DNA of 64,000 nt, from the NCBI GenBank assembly GCA_043778225.1, contig JAYWGM010000079.1, forward strand, positions 14,094 through 78,093, read 5' to 3'. Below the pieces are notes generated by a model. It did no database searches. It saw only the letters and a list, made by a program, of their open reading frames with translations, and was not told the origin of the DNA. This stretch comes from Deinococcales bacterium (GTDB lineage Bacteria; Deinococcota; Deinococci; Deinococcales; JAAFIG01). The position numbers and the translations under genes were made by a program. Positions 40,552-50,910 of this stretch are shown here, piece by piece (the stretch's first letter is position 1; each line of letters opens with the position of its first letter).

Positions 40552-40673
40552 TTCCACCACTTCAAATGAGTTTGAGAATACCGAAAGCTAAACCCATCAT
40601 GCAGCTCGAAACTCGAGCTTTGTGGCTTTTGGAATACATCATTTTGCATCATGGGTTCACCTCCTCCTCGAGT

Positions 40674-42032
40674 TTATTCGTCTTTCCAACGATTGCCGTA
40701 CCCTGTGTACATGGGTTTGCCGTGTTGAGCAATGTATTCAAATTCATCTCGGAAATGCTTGAACGCACTTTGCACGGGCATGATGCACGAGTCAGCGAGT
40801 AAGCAAAATGATTTTCCGCGAATGTTGCCCATTAAATCCTCGAGGATTTTCACATCGTTAGGGTCGCCTTGTCCTGCAATCAGTTTTTGGAAGATACGAT
40901 TCATCCAAGTGCCGATTCCTTCGCGGCATGGGGTGCATTTGCCGCAAGATTCATGTCCATAGAAACGCACGAGGTTGTACATCATGTTGACAATATCAGC
41001 ATTTTTGGGAATAAGGATAATACCACCAGTACCAAGGCTCGAGCCTTTGCTAGAAACATTTTCGTAATCTGCTCCCATATCTAGTATTTCGTCAGTAAAA
41101 GGTAAGATTGGCATACTCGAGCCGCCGGGATGAAAGCCTTTTATCTCCTCGGTTGGTCCGCCGCCCCATGTGTAAATGATTTCGCGGTAAGTCGTGCCAA
41201 GCGGTAATTCGTATACTCCGGGGCGCTTAACAGGTCCAGAAATATGAAACAAGAAATTACCCTTACTTTTTTCTGTTCCCATGCTCGAGAACCAATCTGC
41301 ACCATGGCGCATAATCAGGGCAGCCGAGGCAATACTGACGACATTGTTGACGGTACTCGGCATTCCAAAAATTCCGGCTTGGGCTGGGAACGGTGGTTTT
41401 AGGCGCGGATTGGCTCTCAGCCCCTCGAGTGAATTCATCAGTGCGGTTTCTTCGCCGCAAATGTATGCCCCTGCGCCACGATGCACAAAAACTTCCATGC
41501 TCTTACCAAAGCCAAGCGCATTATCGCCAAGAAGCCCTGCGGCTCGAGCTTCGGCAATGGCAGCGTTTAAGCGGTTTGCGCCAAGGATATACTCGCCGCG
41601 AATATAAATATATCCAACATTGGCGCGAATGGCGTGCATTCCAATCAGCATTCCCTCGAGTAACTGGTGTGGGTCGGCTTCCATCAAATAACGGTCTTTG
41701 TACGTTCCGGGTTCGGATTCATCGGCGTTACAAACCAAGTAATGCGGTTTGCCATCTTCTTTGGGCATAAACGACCATTTTAAGCCCGTCGGGAAACCCG
41801 CGCCGCCACGTCCTCGCAGACCAGATTTCTTTACTTCGTCTTGCACACTTTCTGGTGTTCCAGCCAAGGCGCGTTTTGCACCTTCGTAAGCCCCATGACG
41901 CAGTGCATACTCGAGCGTCCACGAATTATTCTGTCCAACGTGTTCGTACAATCTTGGTTTGAAACGCGGGTCAAGACCACTGGTAATGCTGGTCGGTTTC
42001 TCGAGAACGGGTGCATCGGCAACTAAAGTCAT
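40674..42032 (-). CDS. nuoF: NADH-quinone oxidoreductase subunit F
   Basis: [49 protein letters not shown]. Confidence 0.97.
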   Translation of the reverse strand: MTLVADAPVLEKPTSITSGLDPRFKPRLYEHVGQNNSWTLEYALRHGAYEGAKRALAGTPESVQDEVKKSGLRGRGGAGFPTGLKWSFMPKEDGKPHYLVCNADESEPGTYKDRYLMEADPHQLLEGMLIGMHAIRANVGYIYIRGEYILGANRLNAAIAEARAAGLLGDNALGFGKSMEVFVHRGAGAYICGEETALMNSLEGLRANPRLKPPFPAQAGIFGMPSTVNNVVSIASAALIMRHGADWFSSMGTEKSKGNFLFHISGPVKRPGVYELPLGTTYREIIYTWGGGPTEEIKGFHPGGSSMPILPFTDEILDMGADYENVSSKGSSLGTGGIILIPKNADIVNMMYNLVRFYGHESCGKCTPCREGIGTWMNRIFQKLIAGQGDPNDVKILEDLMGNIRGKSFCLLADSCIMPVQSAFKHFRDEFEYIAQHGKPMYTGYGNRWKDE

Positions 42033-42610
42033 AAACTTGCTCCTTCGGCAGTGATTTGGCTCACCACATCGCCATTTCTTTGAATAAACACTGGGGCTTG
42101 GGTATCCGATTCGGGCATACTGCCATCACCTCGAGACTTGAAATCAGCAAGCAGGGCATTCAAGCGTTTTTTGGTCAGGCATTCGTAATAACCACTGTCC
42201 GAAACTTGCATCAGAGGCGCAGTGCCACACGAGCCTAGGCATTCGACTTTTTGCACACTGAACAAACCATCAGCCGTCACATCGCCCACGCCAATATCCA
42301 GCGTTTCACACAAGTAATCCCACATTTGGTCAGAGCCTTGCAGCGCACACGAAAGGGTCATGCAGACTTGGAGGTGATACTTACCCGTTGGGCTGCTCGA
42401 GTAGGTGCTGTAGAAGCTCATCACCGATTTAACTTCGGTTGGTGTGCTTTCGATTAACTGCGCGATTTCGGCAACTCGAGCATCAGAGATGTAGCCTTCG
42501 GCGTTCTGTACTTCGCGCAGAAGCGGCATGACCGCACTGCGTTTACGATTGGCTGGATAACGAGAAAGAATATCAGCGACGAGTGGTTGTTTATTGGTAA
42601 AGAAATTCAC
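42029..42610 (-). CDS. nuoE: NADH-quinone oxidoreductase subunit E
   Basis: CMTLSC and [10 protein letters not shown] 2Fe-2S ligands. Confidence 0.95.
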   Translation of the reverse strand: MNFFTNKQPLVADILSRYPANRKRSAVMPLLREVQNAEGYISDARVAEIAQLIESTPTEVKSVMSFYSTYSSSPTGKYHLQVCMTLSCALQGSDQMWDYLCETLDIGVGDVTADGLFSVQKVECLGSCGTAPLMQVSDSGYYECLTKKRLNALLADFKSRGDGSMPESDTQAPVFIQRNGDVVSQITAEGASL

Positions 42611-43029
42611 AGTTGAACCTCCAAGGCTCGAGCCAGTACGACAATGTGTTTGATGGTAATTCCCATAAAAGCAAAGTAGAAAACCATGACGAGGGTATAA
42701 GGCATTTGCCAGTAATCATTGGGAGACTGAAAGAACGCAATTATTGGTACAGAAAGTGGGATAAAGCCACCACAAAGCATAAGTGCGTACCATTTTTTAT
42801 GGTTTATCTGATTCTGATACCAAATGGCTCGCAACAGTCCAAAAGCAGCAATACTACCTAACAGTGCCAGTATTGCCAATCCAAGATTCACGAATTGTTC
42901 GCCTTTAAGAAAGAAGAAAAGCACCATTAAAAAACCAATACTGCCCCAAATAAAGCAGATGAGTGCTGGCACAAAACCAAAAATTAGCTCAAACCAACGC
43001 CCAATAGTAGGTAATGCGACTCGAGTCAT
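42607..43029 (-). CDS. Hypothetical 4-TM membrane protein
   Basis: Four hydrophobic segments; overlaps both neighbours; similar to 43026-43448. Confidence 0.75.
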   Translation of the reverse strand: MTRVALPTIGRWFELIFGFVPALICFIWGSIGFLMVLFFFLKGEQFVNLGLAILALLGSIAAFGLLRAIWYQNQINHKKWYALMLCGGFIPLSVPIIAFFQSPNDYWQMPYTLVMVFYFAFMGITIKHIVVLARALEVQL

Positions 43030-43448
43030 AAGCTCACCTTTTGTGTACCTCGAGAAAGTAAGTAAATTTGTTTAGCTGCCACCAGCACAAGGCTTATGGC
43101 AAAGAATGGAAAAACGATTTTCAAATTGTCTATGTAACCAACTGGGCTTGGAAAAATAAATAAGATGATACTCGCAGCGATACCAAGGGCTAACAACCCA
43201 GTAATGAGCATTTTTGAACGGGTGTTTTCTCGAGCTACACTGACATAAATTAGGCTTATGCAGGCTAATAATCCGCAGAGTGAGATTACAAAAAGTAAAA
43301 TAATTCCAAGTCCATCGTTATTAAATTTGCTACCAAAAAAGGTTATCGTGGAATAACAACCTAAAACTGCCCAAAAAGCAAAGTATAGCGCAGGCAAAAC
43401 GCCAAACAGCACGTCAATAACTCGAGATGATGGGCTGTTCCAATTCAT
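43026..43448 (-). CDS. Hypothetical 4-TM membrane protein
   Basis: Four hydrophobic segments; TAATG overlap with the Uma2 gene. Confidence 0.75.
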   Translation of the reverse strand: MNWNSPSSRVIDVLFGVLPALYFAFWAVLGCYSTITFFGSKFNNDGLGIILLFVISLCGLLACISLIYVSVARENTRSKMLITGLLALGIAASIILFIFPSPVGYIDNLKIVFPFFAISLVLVAAKQIYLLSRGTQKVSL

Positions 43449-44170
43449 TACCACCACCTGATTTGCACATCTAGAAACTCGAGTGGCGTGGCTAGTTGTC
43501 CTTTTTCGAGCTTAACTTGATGCAAGAATTCCACACCGTCTGAGTCTGCATAAATCTCAAGTTGTTGGGTATTTGTATTCAGCACCCAGAGTTCTGGGAC
43601 GCAAGCTCGAGCATAGGCTGAAAGTTTGTAATCCCAATACTTGGGTTTTTCGGCTAAAACTTCGACCAATAAGTACACATCGCCGAGAGTAGCGTTGTGG
43701 TGATTGTATCGTTCCCGAGGGGCTTGTAGAATAGCAATTTCTGGGGACACCACAAATTTTGCACCAAGTTCGATGTCGTAACCGCCCCGAGCAACAATAT
43801 CGTCACCTAACCCTCTAAGCATTTCGGTGCTTAAATCAATGGCTGCATTGGTTTGGGCTTGTGTGGATATTGGTGTTTTGAAAAAATGTCCGTTAATCAG
43901 TTCGACACGCTGGTCTGGTGTGAGTATTCTCGAGTGATACAGTTTTTTCATGTCGTCAGCGTCGTAAGTAACGAGAATTCCTTCGCCCCAGACTTGACCG
44001 TTTAAGAGTTCAATAGGTTTATAAAAAAGGATTTCTTGGGCAAACATTTCGTAAAACTGCTCGAGTTTGAATTGGTGTAAGTCAGACTTAAATTCTCGAG
44101 TAAAGTCCACACTGTTATTGACTGCTTGGGTCAGTCGTTCCATGTATTCTTGCTCGGCAGTTTGACTCAT
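43448..44170 (-). CDS. Uma2 family (DUF820) endonuclease-fold protein
   Basis: RVELING, LLVEV, K...YARA.VPE.W.LN. Confidence 0.85.
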   Translation of the reverse strand: MSQTAEQEYMERLTQAVNNSVDFTREFKSDLHQFKLEQFYEMFAQEILFYKPIELLNGQVWGEGILVTYDADDMKKLYHSRILTPDQRVELINGHFFKTPISTQAQTNAAIDLSTEMLRGLGDDIVARGGYDIELGAKFVVSPEIAILQAPRERYNHHNATLGDVYLLVEVLAEKPKYWDYKLSAYARACVPELWVLNTNTQQLEIYADSDGVEFLHQVKLEKGQLATPLEFLDVQIRWW

Positions 44171-44174
44171 ATTC

Positions 44175-45437
44175 TCACCTGTCTACGTCGCCCATCACGG
44201 GGTCAAGGCTGGCAATTACGGTAATCAGGTCGGCGAATAATCCACCAATGCCAATCACGGGCAGGGCTTGCAAATTCACAAAGCTCGGGGCGCGGAAATG
44301 AATGCGGTATGGCATACTGCCGCCGTCTGAAACAATGTAACAACCCAGTTCGCCTCGAGCGCTTTCGGTTGGCACGTAAGCCTCGCCTTTGGGTGGATGG
44401 TAGCCTTCGGTCACGAGCTTAAAATGGTGAATTACAGCTTCCATGCTGGTCTCGAGTTCTTCGCGTGGTGGCAGACTGATTTTGCGGTTTGGGTCTTGGA
44501 TTGCGCCGGGCTTTAATCTCGAGAGGGCTTGGCGGCAAATTTTAGCCGATTCGCGCATCTCTTGGACGCGCACCACAAACCTATCAAAGCTATCGCCGTG
44601 CGTACCGAGCGGAATATCAAAATCGTATTGTTCGTATCCCGAGTAAGGCGTGGTCTTGCGGTGGTCGAGTGCTACACCAGAGGCGCGTAAGTTTGGTCCA
44701 GTGATGCCCAAATCCAGCGCTACAGCTTCGGACATAATGCCAACGTTCTGGGTTCGCTCGAGAAAAAGCGGATTGGTTTTGAAGAGTTTTTCGTAAGTAT
44801 CCACTTTACTATCAAACGTGTCCAAAAAATTCTTGACCATGGTTTCAAAACCATCTGGCGTATCTTTGGCAACGCCTCCGACACGAAAATAGCCTTGGTG
44901 CAAGCGTTGTCCGCCAATTGCTTCAAAAATATCTAAAATCGCTTCACGTTCGACAAACGTATAGAAAAACGGCGTTAAAGCGCCCAAATCCAGTAAACCT
45001 GTGCCTAAGAAAACCAAGTGGCTCGAGATACGGTTTAACTCGACCAACAGCACCCGAATTTCTCGAGCGCGGTCTGGGACTTCTGCGCCTACAAGTTGCT
45101 CGACAGGCAGGGCATAGGCAAGTTCGTAGCCAAAACCATGCAAGTAATCCATGCGTGGTGCGAACGTAAAATTTTGGGCATAAGTGCGGTTCTCCATGGT
45201 TTTTTCAAAGCCCGTATGCAAATACCCAATGTGCGGCTCGACCCGTTTAACGTACTCGCCTTCCATGTCCACCACGACCCGCAGTACACCGTGGGTACTT
45301 GGGTGTTGTGGTCCGACATTCAAGCGCATAATTTCGGTGTGCAACAAGCCAGAACCCGTTAAACTCGAGTGGGTTTGGGGAATAAGCACTTCGGCTCGAG
45401 ACTCGAGTTTAAGCGATTTTTCTTGTAACTGGGTCAT
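44175..45437 (-). CDS. nuoD: NADH-quinone oxidoreductase subunit D
   Basis: [27 protein letters not shown]-terminus. Confidence 0.97.
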   Translation of the reverse strand: MTQLQEKSLKLESRAEVLIPQTHSSLTGSGLLHTEIMRLNVGPQHPSTHGVLRVVVDMEGEYVKRVEPHIGYLHTGFEKTMENRTYAQNFTFAPRMDYLHGFGYELAYALPVEQLVGAEVPDRAREIRVLLVELNRISSHLVFLGTGLLDLGALTPFFYTFVEREAILDIFEAIGGQRLHQGYFRVGGVAKDTPDGFETMVKNFLDTFDSKVDTYEKLFKTNPLFLERTQNVGIMSEAVALDLGITGPNLRASGVALDHRKTTPYSGYEQYDFDIPLGTHGDSFDRFVVRVQEMRESAKICRQALSRLKPGAIQDPNRKISLPPREELETSMEAVIHHFKLVTEGYHPPKGEAYVPTESARGELGCYIVSDGGSMPYRIHFRAPSFVNLQALPVIGIGGLFADLITVIASLDPVMGDVDR

Positions 45438-45439
45438 GG

Positions 45440-46042
45440 TTAATTACTCCTTTCTGGCACTGCGGTAGGGAGTTTTGGAATCAGACTCGAGTCTATGCGC
45501 GACCCGCCTCGCCAACCCGATAAACCTGTGTCTTTGCCGCTCAAACCAGCCCGAAACGCTGATGGGTCTAAAAAGCGTCCTTCACGGAAAAGTGTTGGCG
45601 TTTCACCAAGTGGAAAATCCTTACGCAGTGGATGTCCATCCAAATCCTCTGGCGTGAGGATTTTTCGCAAGTCTGGATGGTCGGAGAATTCGATGCCCAT
45701 TAAATCGTAGACTTCGCGTTCATGAAATTCGGCAGTGCGCCAAATGTCGGTGACAGTTGGTAATTTTTCACCGTCTGGCAGGTAAACCTTGACCAGAATC
45801 CGCTCACCGTTTTTGGCATTCAGTAAGTTGTAAATAACCGCAAAACGCTCAGGCATAAATTCGGTGTACTCGAGGTAATCCACGCCCATGAGATCGGCAC
45901 AGATACTAAAACCAGTGGCTTTACATTCAAATAAAAAGGCTTTGAAGGTATCACGGCTTGCAACAACCGTTTTGAATGCTCCCTCGAGAATCGGGTATTC
46001 GCGCAAGGTAGCTTTCTCGAGGGCAGTGGTTAAGGAATTCAT
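45440..46042 (-). CDS. nuoC: NADH-quinone oxidoreductase subunit C
   Basis: [30 protein letters not shown] overlap with nuoB. Confidence 0.95.
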   Translation of the reverse strand: MNSLTTALEKATLREYPILEGAFKTVVASRDTFKAFLFECKATGFSICADLMGVDYLEYTEFMPERFAVIYNLLNAKNGERILVKVYLPDGEKLPTVTDIWRTAEFHEREVYDLMGIEFSDHPDLRKILTPEDLDGHPLRKDFPLGETPTLFREGRFLDPSAFRAGLSGKDTGLSGWRGGSRIDSSLIPKLPTAVPERSN

Positions 46043-46578
46043 CTTGTCCATGCTTCCACCATTGGCAACGGCGTACCAAAATCATCCATTGCTTCGCCAC
46101 GAACCTTTTTTTGCAGTTGCATCACGGCGTAAATCAGTCCTTCGGGGCGTGGTGGGCAGCCGGGGACAAAAATATCCACGGGGACAACACTATCGACATT
46201 TTGGACGATTGCATAATTGTTAAACATTCCGCCGCTCGAGGCACACGCGCCCATACTAATCACCCATTTTGGGTCGGGCATTTGGTCGTAGACACGGCGC
46301 ATCACAGGTGCCATTTTTTTGCTTAAACGCCCAGCCACAATCAAGACATCCGATTGGCGTGGGCTGGCACGGAAAACTTCTGAGCCAAACCGAGCAAGGT
46401 CGTTGCGGGCATCGGTAGATGCCATCATTTCTATGGCACAACACGCCAAGCCAAAGGTCATGGGCCAAAGGCTATTGCTGCGCCCCCATGCCACCAGTTT
46501 CTCGAGGGTCGCAAAAACAATCCCCTCATTCTCGAGTTCTTGGACATCTTTTTCAAATAAATCTTTTAGAGTAGACAT
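46039..46578 (-). CDS. nuoB: NADH-quinone oxidoreductase subunit B
   Basis: [29 protein letters not shown]. Confidence 0.97.
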   Translation of the reverse strand: MSTLKDLFEKDVQELENEGIVFATLEKLVAWGRSNSLWPMTFGLACCAIEMMASTDARNDLARFGSEVFRASPRQSDVLIVAGRLSKKMAPVMRRVYDQMPDPKWVISMGACASSGGMFNNYAIVQNVDSVVPVDIFVPGCPPRPEGLIYAVMQLQKKVRGEAMDDFGTPLPMVEAWTR

Positions 46579-46593
46579 TGATAGCTCCTTTGG

Positions 46594-46668
46594 AGAGGTT
46601 AAAAGGTAAAAGGTTGAAAAGGTGAAAAGTGCTTCTCAAGGGCTTATTTTTACTTTAATCTTTCGCCT
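46594..46668. repeat. (GTNAAAAG)n inverted array, degenerate
   Basis: gttaaaag gtaaaag gttgaaaag gtgaaaag ... tttactttaatctttcgcc between nuoA and nuoB. Confidence 0.75.
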
Positions 46669-46672
46669 ATTC

Positions 46673-47026
46673 TTATTTCCAGTCGAGAATGCCTTTTTTG
46701 AGAATGTAAAAGTAGCCAATACCAACCAGCGCCACAAACGCCAGTGCTTCGTAGAAAGCAAAAAGCCCAAGTTTATTGTAAGCCACTGCCAATGGATAGA
46801 AAAAGGCAGTTTCAATGTCGAAAATAATAAAAAGCATCGCCACCAAATAAAAATGCACCGGAAAGCGTTCTCGAGCGCTGCCAATCGGGTCATTGCCGCT
46901 TTCGTAACTCATATTTTTGGCTCGAGATGGTTTCTTGGGTCCCAAAACCGCGCCAACCAGCAAGGCAAGCACGCCAATGCCTGCGGCGACCAGAAACATA
47001 ATAAAGACGTTGAGGTATTGATTCAT
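46673..47026 (-). CDS. nuoA: NADH-quinone oxidoreductase subunit A
   Basis: YESGNDP, FYLVAMLFIIFDIE, KKGILDW. Confidence 0.96.
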   Translation of the reverse strand: MNQYLNVFIMFLVAAGIGVLALLVGAVLGPKKPSRAKNMSYESGNDPIGSARERFPVHFYLVAMLFIIFDIETAFFYPLAVAYNKLGLFAFYEALAFVALVGIGYFYILKKGILDWK

Positions 47027-47053
47027 ACGATTTCCTCCATAAAAAACAAGTTG

Positions 47054-47083
47054 CTCGTGCTAACTTTCACGAGTTTAAGTATA
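47054..47083 (-). promoter_or_regulatory. Rex-like operator (CTCGTG-N8-CACGAG, 47054-47073) next to a -10 box
   Basis: GTG-N8-CAC palindrome matches Rex spacing; TATACT/TAAACT at 47072-47083 on the minus strand, upstream of nuoA. Confidence 0.68.
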
Positions 47084-47130
47084 CAAGAACAGCCGTATTT
47101 TAACAAATGCCTTGGACGAAAAAAAGCCCT

Positions 47131-47781
47131 CTATTCGGTCAATTGGGAATCGGCTTGCTCGACTGGCAGCGTACCCGCTTGCCAAGCATTCATCAAGGCA
47201 TTGACCACCATTGGGTCAAAATGTGTACCAACGTTTTTCGAGACTTCCAAAACGATGTCGCGTGGACTGCGGCGCTTCTGGTAGACCCGCCCATTGAGCA
47301 TCACATCAAGGCTGTCTGCCACCGCCACAACCCGCGCCAAAAACGGAATATCTACCCCGACCAGATTATCTGGATACCCAGCCCCATCAAAACGCTCATG
47401 GTGTGAACGGGCAATCGGTGCAAAACGCTCGAGTCCGGGCATATGTTGTAAAAACTCAAAGCCCAAAACTGTATGGTTTTTGACCAAAGTAAACTCGTGC
47501 GACTCAAGTTTTGCAGGTTTATTAAGGATGCCCAAATTGACCGATATTTTACCAATATCGTGCAGCAAAGCCCCAAGTCGCAAGGTCTCGAGTTCATCAG
47601 CACTAAGATGCAGTTCTTCGCCGATTCGCAGCACCAGCCTCGAGACTCGCTCCGAGTGGGCATAAGTATCTGGGTCGCGCTGTGCCAACATCCGCAAAAT
47701 TAGACCTGCGGCTGCCGAATCCAAAACGCCCAACAAGTCAAAATTGTACGACCCCTGAGTGCTGTTGGTCTCATCTGGCAT
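47131..47781 (-). CDS. HD-GYP domain phosphodiesterase
   Basis: HSERV, LHDIGK, HHERFDGAGYP, VAD. Confidence 0.93.
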   Translation of the reverse strand: MPDETNSTQGSYNFDLLGVLDSAAAGLILRMLAQRDPDTYAHSERVSRLVLRIGEELHLSADELETLRLGALLHDIGKISVNLGILNKPAKLESHEFTLVKNHTVLGFEFLQHMPGLERFAPIARSHHERFDGAGYPDNLVGVDIPFLARVVAVADSLDVMLNGRVYQKRRSPRDIVLEVSKNVGTHFDPMVVNALMNAWQAGTLPVEQADSQLTE

Positions 47782-47825
47782 ACAAAAAGTTTAACACGTT
47801 CAGGAAGTCAGAACGTTAGTAAAAA

Positions 47826-48965
47826 TTACATCACCTGTAAAAGCGCATACTTTAAGTAGCGACTCTCTGGGAAATTCAGCACCTCGGGGTGACAGGCAGC
47901 CTGGCTGCGACGCTCGAGAATTCGCACCATTCGCCCAGCATCAGCCGCCGCATCCTCGAGCATGATGTAAAAGTCGGCTTCTGAAACATGAAAGCTGCAA
48001 CTGGCAGTGCCTAGAAAACCGCCCGGCTCGAGCAATTTTAACGCCCGTAAGTTGAGTTCTTTGTAGGCTCTGTACGCGCCATCCAAGTCTTTGCGGGCTT
48101 TGGCGAGGGCGGGGGGGTCCAAAGAAATCGTGTGGTAGCGGTTTGAAGTATCGGTCTGGTGCAACCAATCAAAAGCGTTACTTTCGGTAAAAGTCATGTT
48201 AGAAATGTTATTCAAACGGGCATTTTCTTCGGCACGTTCAAGGGCTGGCGCACTCGAGTCAATACACTCGACCGAATCGCAGACCTTAGCTAAATGCAAG
48301 CCAAACGAAGCATGGTAACTAAAAATGTCCAGCGCCCGACCAAAACCAACTTCAGCAAGCGCCGCGCGGTTATCGCGCTGGTCCAAAAAACCACCCGTTT
48401 TTTGACCGCGCCACGGGTCTATGCGGTACTTGATTTCGCCTTCCGAGCAGGTAATCCACTCGGGGACATCGCCGTACAGCACTTCAACTTTAGCTTCTAA
48501 CCCCTCGAGGGTGCGGATTTTGGAGTCAAAGCGCCCAAGAATGCCTTTTAATTTGTATTCGCGTTTTAAGACCCGCAGCATATCTAGTAAATATGGCTCG
48601 AGGGCAGCGCAATTTTGCTGAATCACCAAGTAATCGTTGTACTTATCGATCGTTAAACCGGGCAGACCATCGGCATCTGAGTGTACAACCCGAAACGAAT
48701 CACCGTTGACGTGCAAAAAGCGCCTGAATTCAATGGCTCGTTCTAAGCGCTGCAAGATATTTGGACGTGCCGAACCTTTAGAAATAAAACGCACTGTAAT
48801 CTCGGAGGCTGGATTGACCGCCGCCCAGCCAAGATGATTACCACGGATGTCTTGGATGTCCTCGAGTCCAGGTTTCTCGGGCAGTTTGGCAATATCGGAT
48901 TTATAAACCCACGGATGCCCCGTGTCGTAGCGGCTTTTGCCTCGCGGTGCAAGAATCACAGTCAT
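47826..48965 (-). CDS. RlmI-family rRNA m5C methyltransferase
   Basis: GHPWVY, DGLPGL, GQKTG.FLDQRDNR, LDPP, YLK. Confidence 0.9.
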   Translation of the reverse strand: MTVILAPRGKSRYDTGHPWVYKSDIAKLPEKPGLEDIQDIRGNHLGWAAVNPASEITVRFISKGSARPNILQRLERAIEFRRFLHVNGDSFRVVHSDADGLPGLTIDKYNDYLVIQQNCAALEPYLLDMLRVLKREYKLKGILGRFDSKIRTLEGLEAKVEVLYGDVPEWITCSEGEIKYRIDPWRGQKTGGFLDQRDNRAALAEVGFGRALDIFSYHASFGLHLAKVCDSVECIDSSAPALERAEENARLNNISNMTFTESNAFDWLHQTDTSNRYHTISLDPPALAKARKDLDGAYRAYKELNLRALKLLEPGGFLGTASCSFHVSEADFYIMLEDAAADAGRMVRILERRSQAACHPEVLNFPESRYLKYALLQVM

Positions 48966-49114
48966 GAGTGGAGCATATCAGGAATAAAACTGGGAGTTTA
49001 TGAACCAAGCTCTGGGCAGTTGAGCCTCGACTGAACCAAAACATGAAGTCCAATTCTAAGCCATACGTCAAAGGGCTTATTCAGGTTCAAGGAAACTTGA
49101 GTTATCTTAAAACC

Positions 49115-49603
49115 ATGTCTTACGTCAACACACCGCAAATAGAAGCCTACTGGCAAGCATTTCTCGAGTCACTGCCAGAAGAATCGCTGCAACGCGCCGA
49201 AGCCTTGCTGAGAACACCAATTGCCGAAGCATGGGGCGATAATGCCGAGCTTGCCGACCGACTTGGCAATTTAATTGTGGCTGGGGTCAAGACCGCCACC
49301 TGCTCGAGTTTATGGGATTGGGAAATTCGTCAAGAACCACTGCCAGAGATTGGTTTGAAAACCATTGTTTTGAACAGCCAAAACCAACCGATGTGCATTG
49401 TAGAGACCACCGAAGTCACGATTCGAGTGTTTGAAGCTGTGGATGGCAATTTTGCTTTTGATGAAGGCGAAGGCGAGCGCAGCCTCGAGTCTTGGCGTGC
49501 TGGGCATTGGCGTTTTTTTACACGCACCCTCAAGCCGCTTCACTTGCAACCCACGCTCGAGATGCCATTAGTTTGTGAGCATTTTAAGGTTATTTACCGC
49601 TAG
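49115..49603 (+). CDS. ASCH domain protein
   Basis: GVKTATCS, EGEGERSLESWR..H. Confidence 0.88.
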   Translation: MSYVNTPQIEAYWQAFLESLPEESLQRAEALLRTPIAEAWGDNAELADRLGNLIVAGVKTATCSSLWDWEIRQEPLPEIGLKTIVLNSQNQPMCIVETTEVTIRVFEAVDGNFAFDEGEGERSLESWRAGHWRFFTRTLKPLHLQPTLEMPLVCEHFKVIYR

Positions 49604-49613
49604 AATAGTCTCT

Positions 49614-50378
49614 ATGCAGCAACTTTTATTGGCACGTCTCGAACAAATTGGGGTCTCACTCGAGCAATCCCAAAAAGCTGTGGCGTTGATTGGACTTGGT
49701 TCAGTTGGCTTAGAATTGGAACGTTTGGATGAATTTTCAGACCTAGATTTCTTTGTGATTGTTAAAGACGGACAAAAGCAAGGTTTTTTCGAGGATTTAT
49801 CGTGGCTGACTAATCTTGCAGCAGTCGCCTATGTTTTTCAGAATACTGCCGATGGGTTTAAGTTGCTTTTTGAAGATGATGTTTTTTGTGAATTTGCAAT
49901 CTTTGAAATACACGAATTAAGTAACATTCCCTTTGCGGCTGGGCGCATTGTTTGGAAAGCAGATGACAGTCAAGATGAGATTCCCATGCCTTCTCAAGGC
50001 TCAAAGCCGCCTGCACATTCAAATAATCTCGAGTTTGTGCTTGGCGAGTGCTTAACCAATTTATATATTGGCGCAAAACGCTTTGCTCGAGGTGAAAAAC
50101 TCAGTGCTGCTCGGTTTGTTCAGCAGTACGCAGTGGACCGAGTTCTCGAGTTAAACCAACAAATCGAAAAAGCCCAGAATGATTTTGCCGACCCGTTTAG
50201 TCGGGAACGAAGGATTGAGCAGCGTTATCCTATTTTGAATCAAGTGCTACCATTGTTCGTTCAGGGGTACGAGCGCACACCTGAATCTGCCTTAGCTATT
50301 TTGGTTTGGCTTGAAACTAGATTTAAGATTAACCAAGCTATTGCCAAAGCAATCCGAAAGGTCATAGACAATGTTTAA
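49614..50378 (+). CDS. Nucleotidyltransferase-fold protein (Lnu/AadE-like)
   Basis: GLGS..DEFSDLDF signature; RGE, RRIE. Confidence 0.7.
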   Translation: MQQLLLARLEQIGVSLEQSQKAVALIGLGSVGLELERLDEFSDLDFFVIVKDGQKQGFFEDLSWLTNLAAVAYVFQNTADGFKLLFEDDVFCEFAIFEIHELSNIPFAAGRIVWKADDSQDEIPMPSQGSKPPAHSNNLEFVLGECLTNLYIGAKRFARGEKLSAARFVQQYAVDRVLELNQQIEKAQNDFADPFSRERRIEQRYPILNQVLPLFVQGYERTPESALAILVWLETRFKINQAIAKAIRKVIDNV

Positions 50379-50910
50379 GCCTATAAAAACCGCCCGATTA
50401 GTCTTGCGGGCTTTTGAACCAGACGATGCCGCCAATTTTGCGGCATACCGCAATCACCCCGAGGTAGCACGTTTACAGACTTGGGAAAGTTACACGCTCG
50501 AGCAAGCCCAGATGTTAATTGCCCAAATGCAGCGACTCCAGCAGCCAACCCCTAACCAATGGTATCAAATTGCCGTGACCCTCGAGGGGAAGTTAATTGG
50601 CGATGTGGCTTTTAAGCTACAAGACCGCCAAGCCGAAATCGGTTTTAGTTTTGACCCAACTTTTCAAGGACAAGGCTTTGCTTTTGAGGCTGTAACCGCC
50701 GTTCTCGAGTTTGCTTTTACACACTTAAAACTGCATCGGCTGCACGCCACCACCGACCCGCGCAATACTGGCTCAATTCGCTTGCTCGAGAAATTGGGCT
50801 TTAGAAAAGAAGGACATCTACTCGAGAATTTTTGGTTTAAGGGTGCTTGGGCAGACGACTTATTGTATGGCTTATTGGCTCGAGAATTTACTGCACCCCA
50901 AATTCCTTAA
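50371..50910 (+). CDS. GNAT acetyltransferase (RimJ/RimL family)
   Basis: TARLVLR, EIGF, QGQGFA, LEKLGF. Confidence 0.88.
   Translation: MFKPIKTARLVLRAFEPDDAANFAAYRNHPEVARLQTWESYTLEQAQMLIAQMQRLQQPTPNQWYQIAVTLEGKLIGDVAFKLQDRQAEIGFSFDPTFQGQGFAFEAVTAVLEFAFTHLKLHRLHATTDPRNTGSIRLLEKLGFRKEGHLLENFWFKGAWADDLLYGLLAREFTAPQIP

Noticed and set aside
31507..44170. Integron cassette array
   Set aside because: No integrase and no recognisable attC sites between inserts; most genes are joined by start/stop overlaps that leave no room for attC.
46622..47284. 220-aa plus-strand ORF and similar long antisense ORFs (e.g. 12033-12581, 30178-30720, 58739-59302)
   Set aside because: They are shadows of well-supported genes on the opposite strand and have no motifs.
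49614..50378. Antibiotic resistance gene call (lnu/aadE)
   Set aside because: Only the generic nucleotidyltransferase signature is visible; the substrate cannot be assigned.
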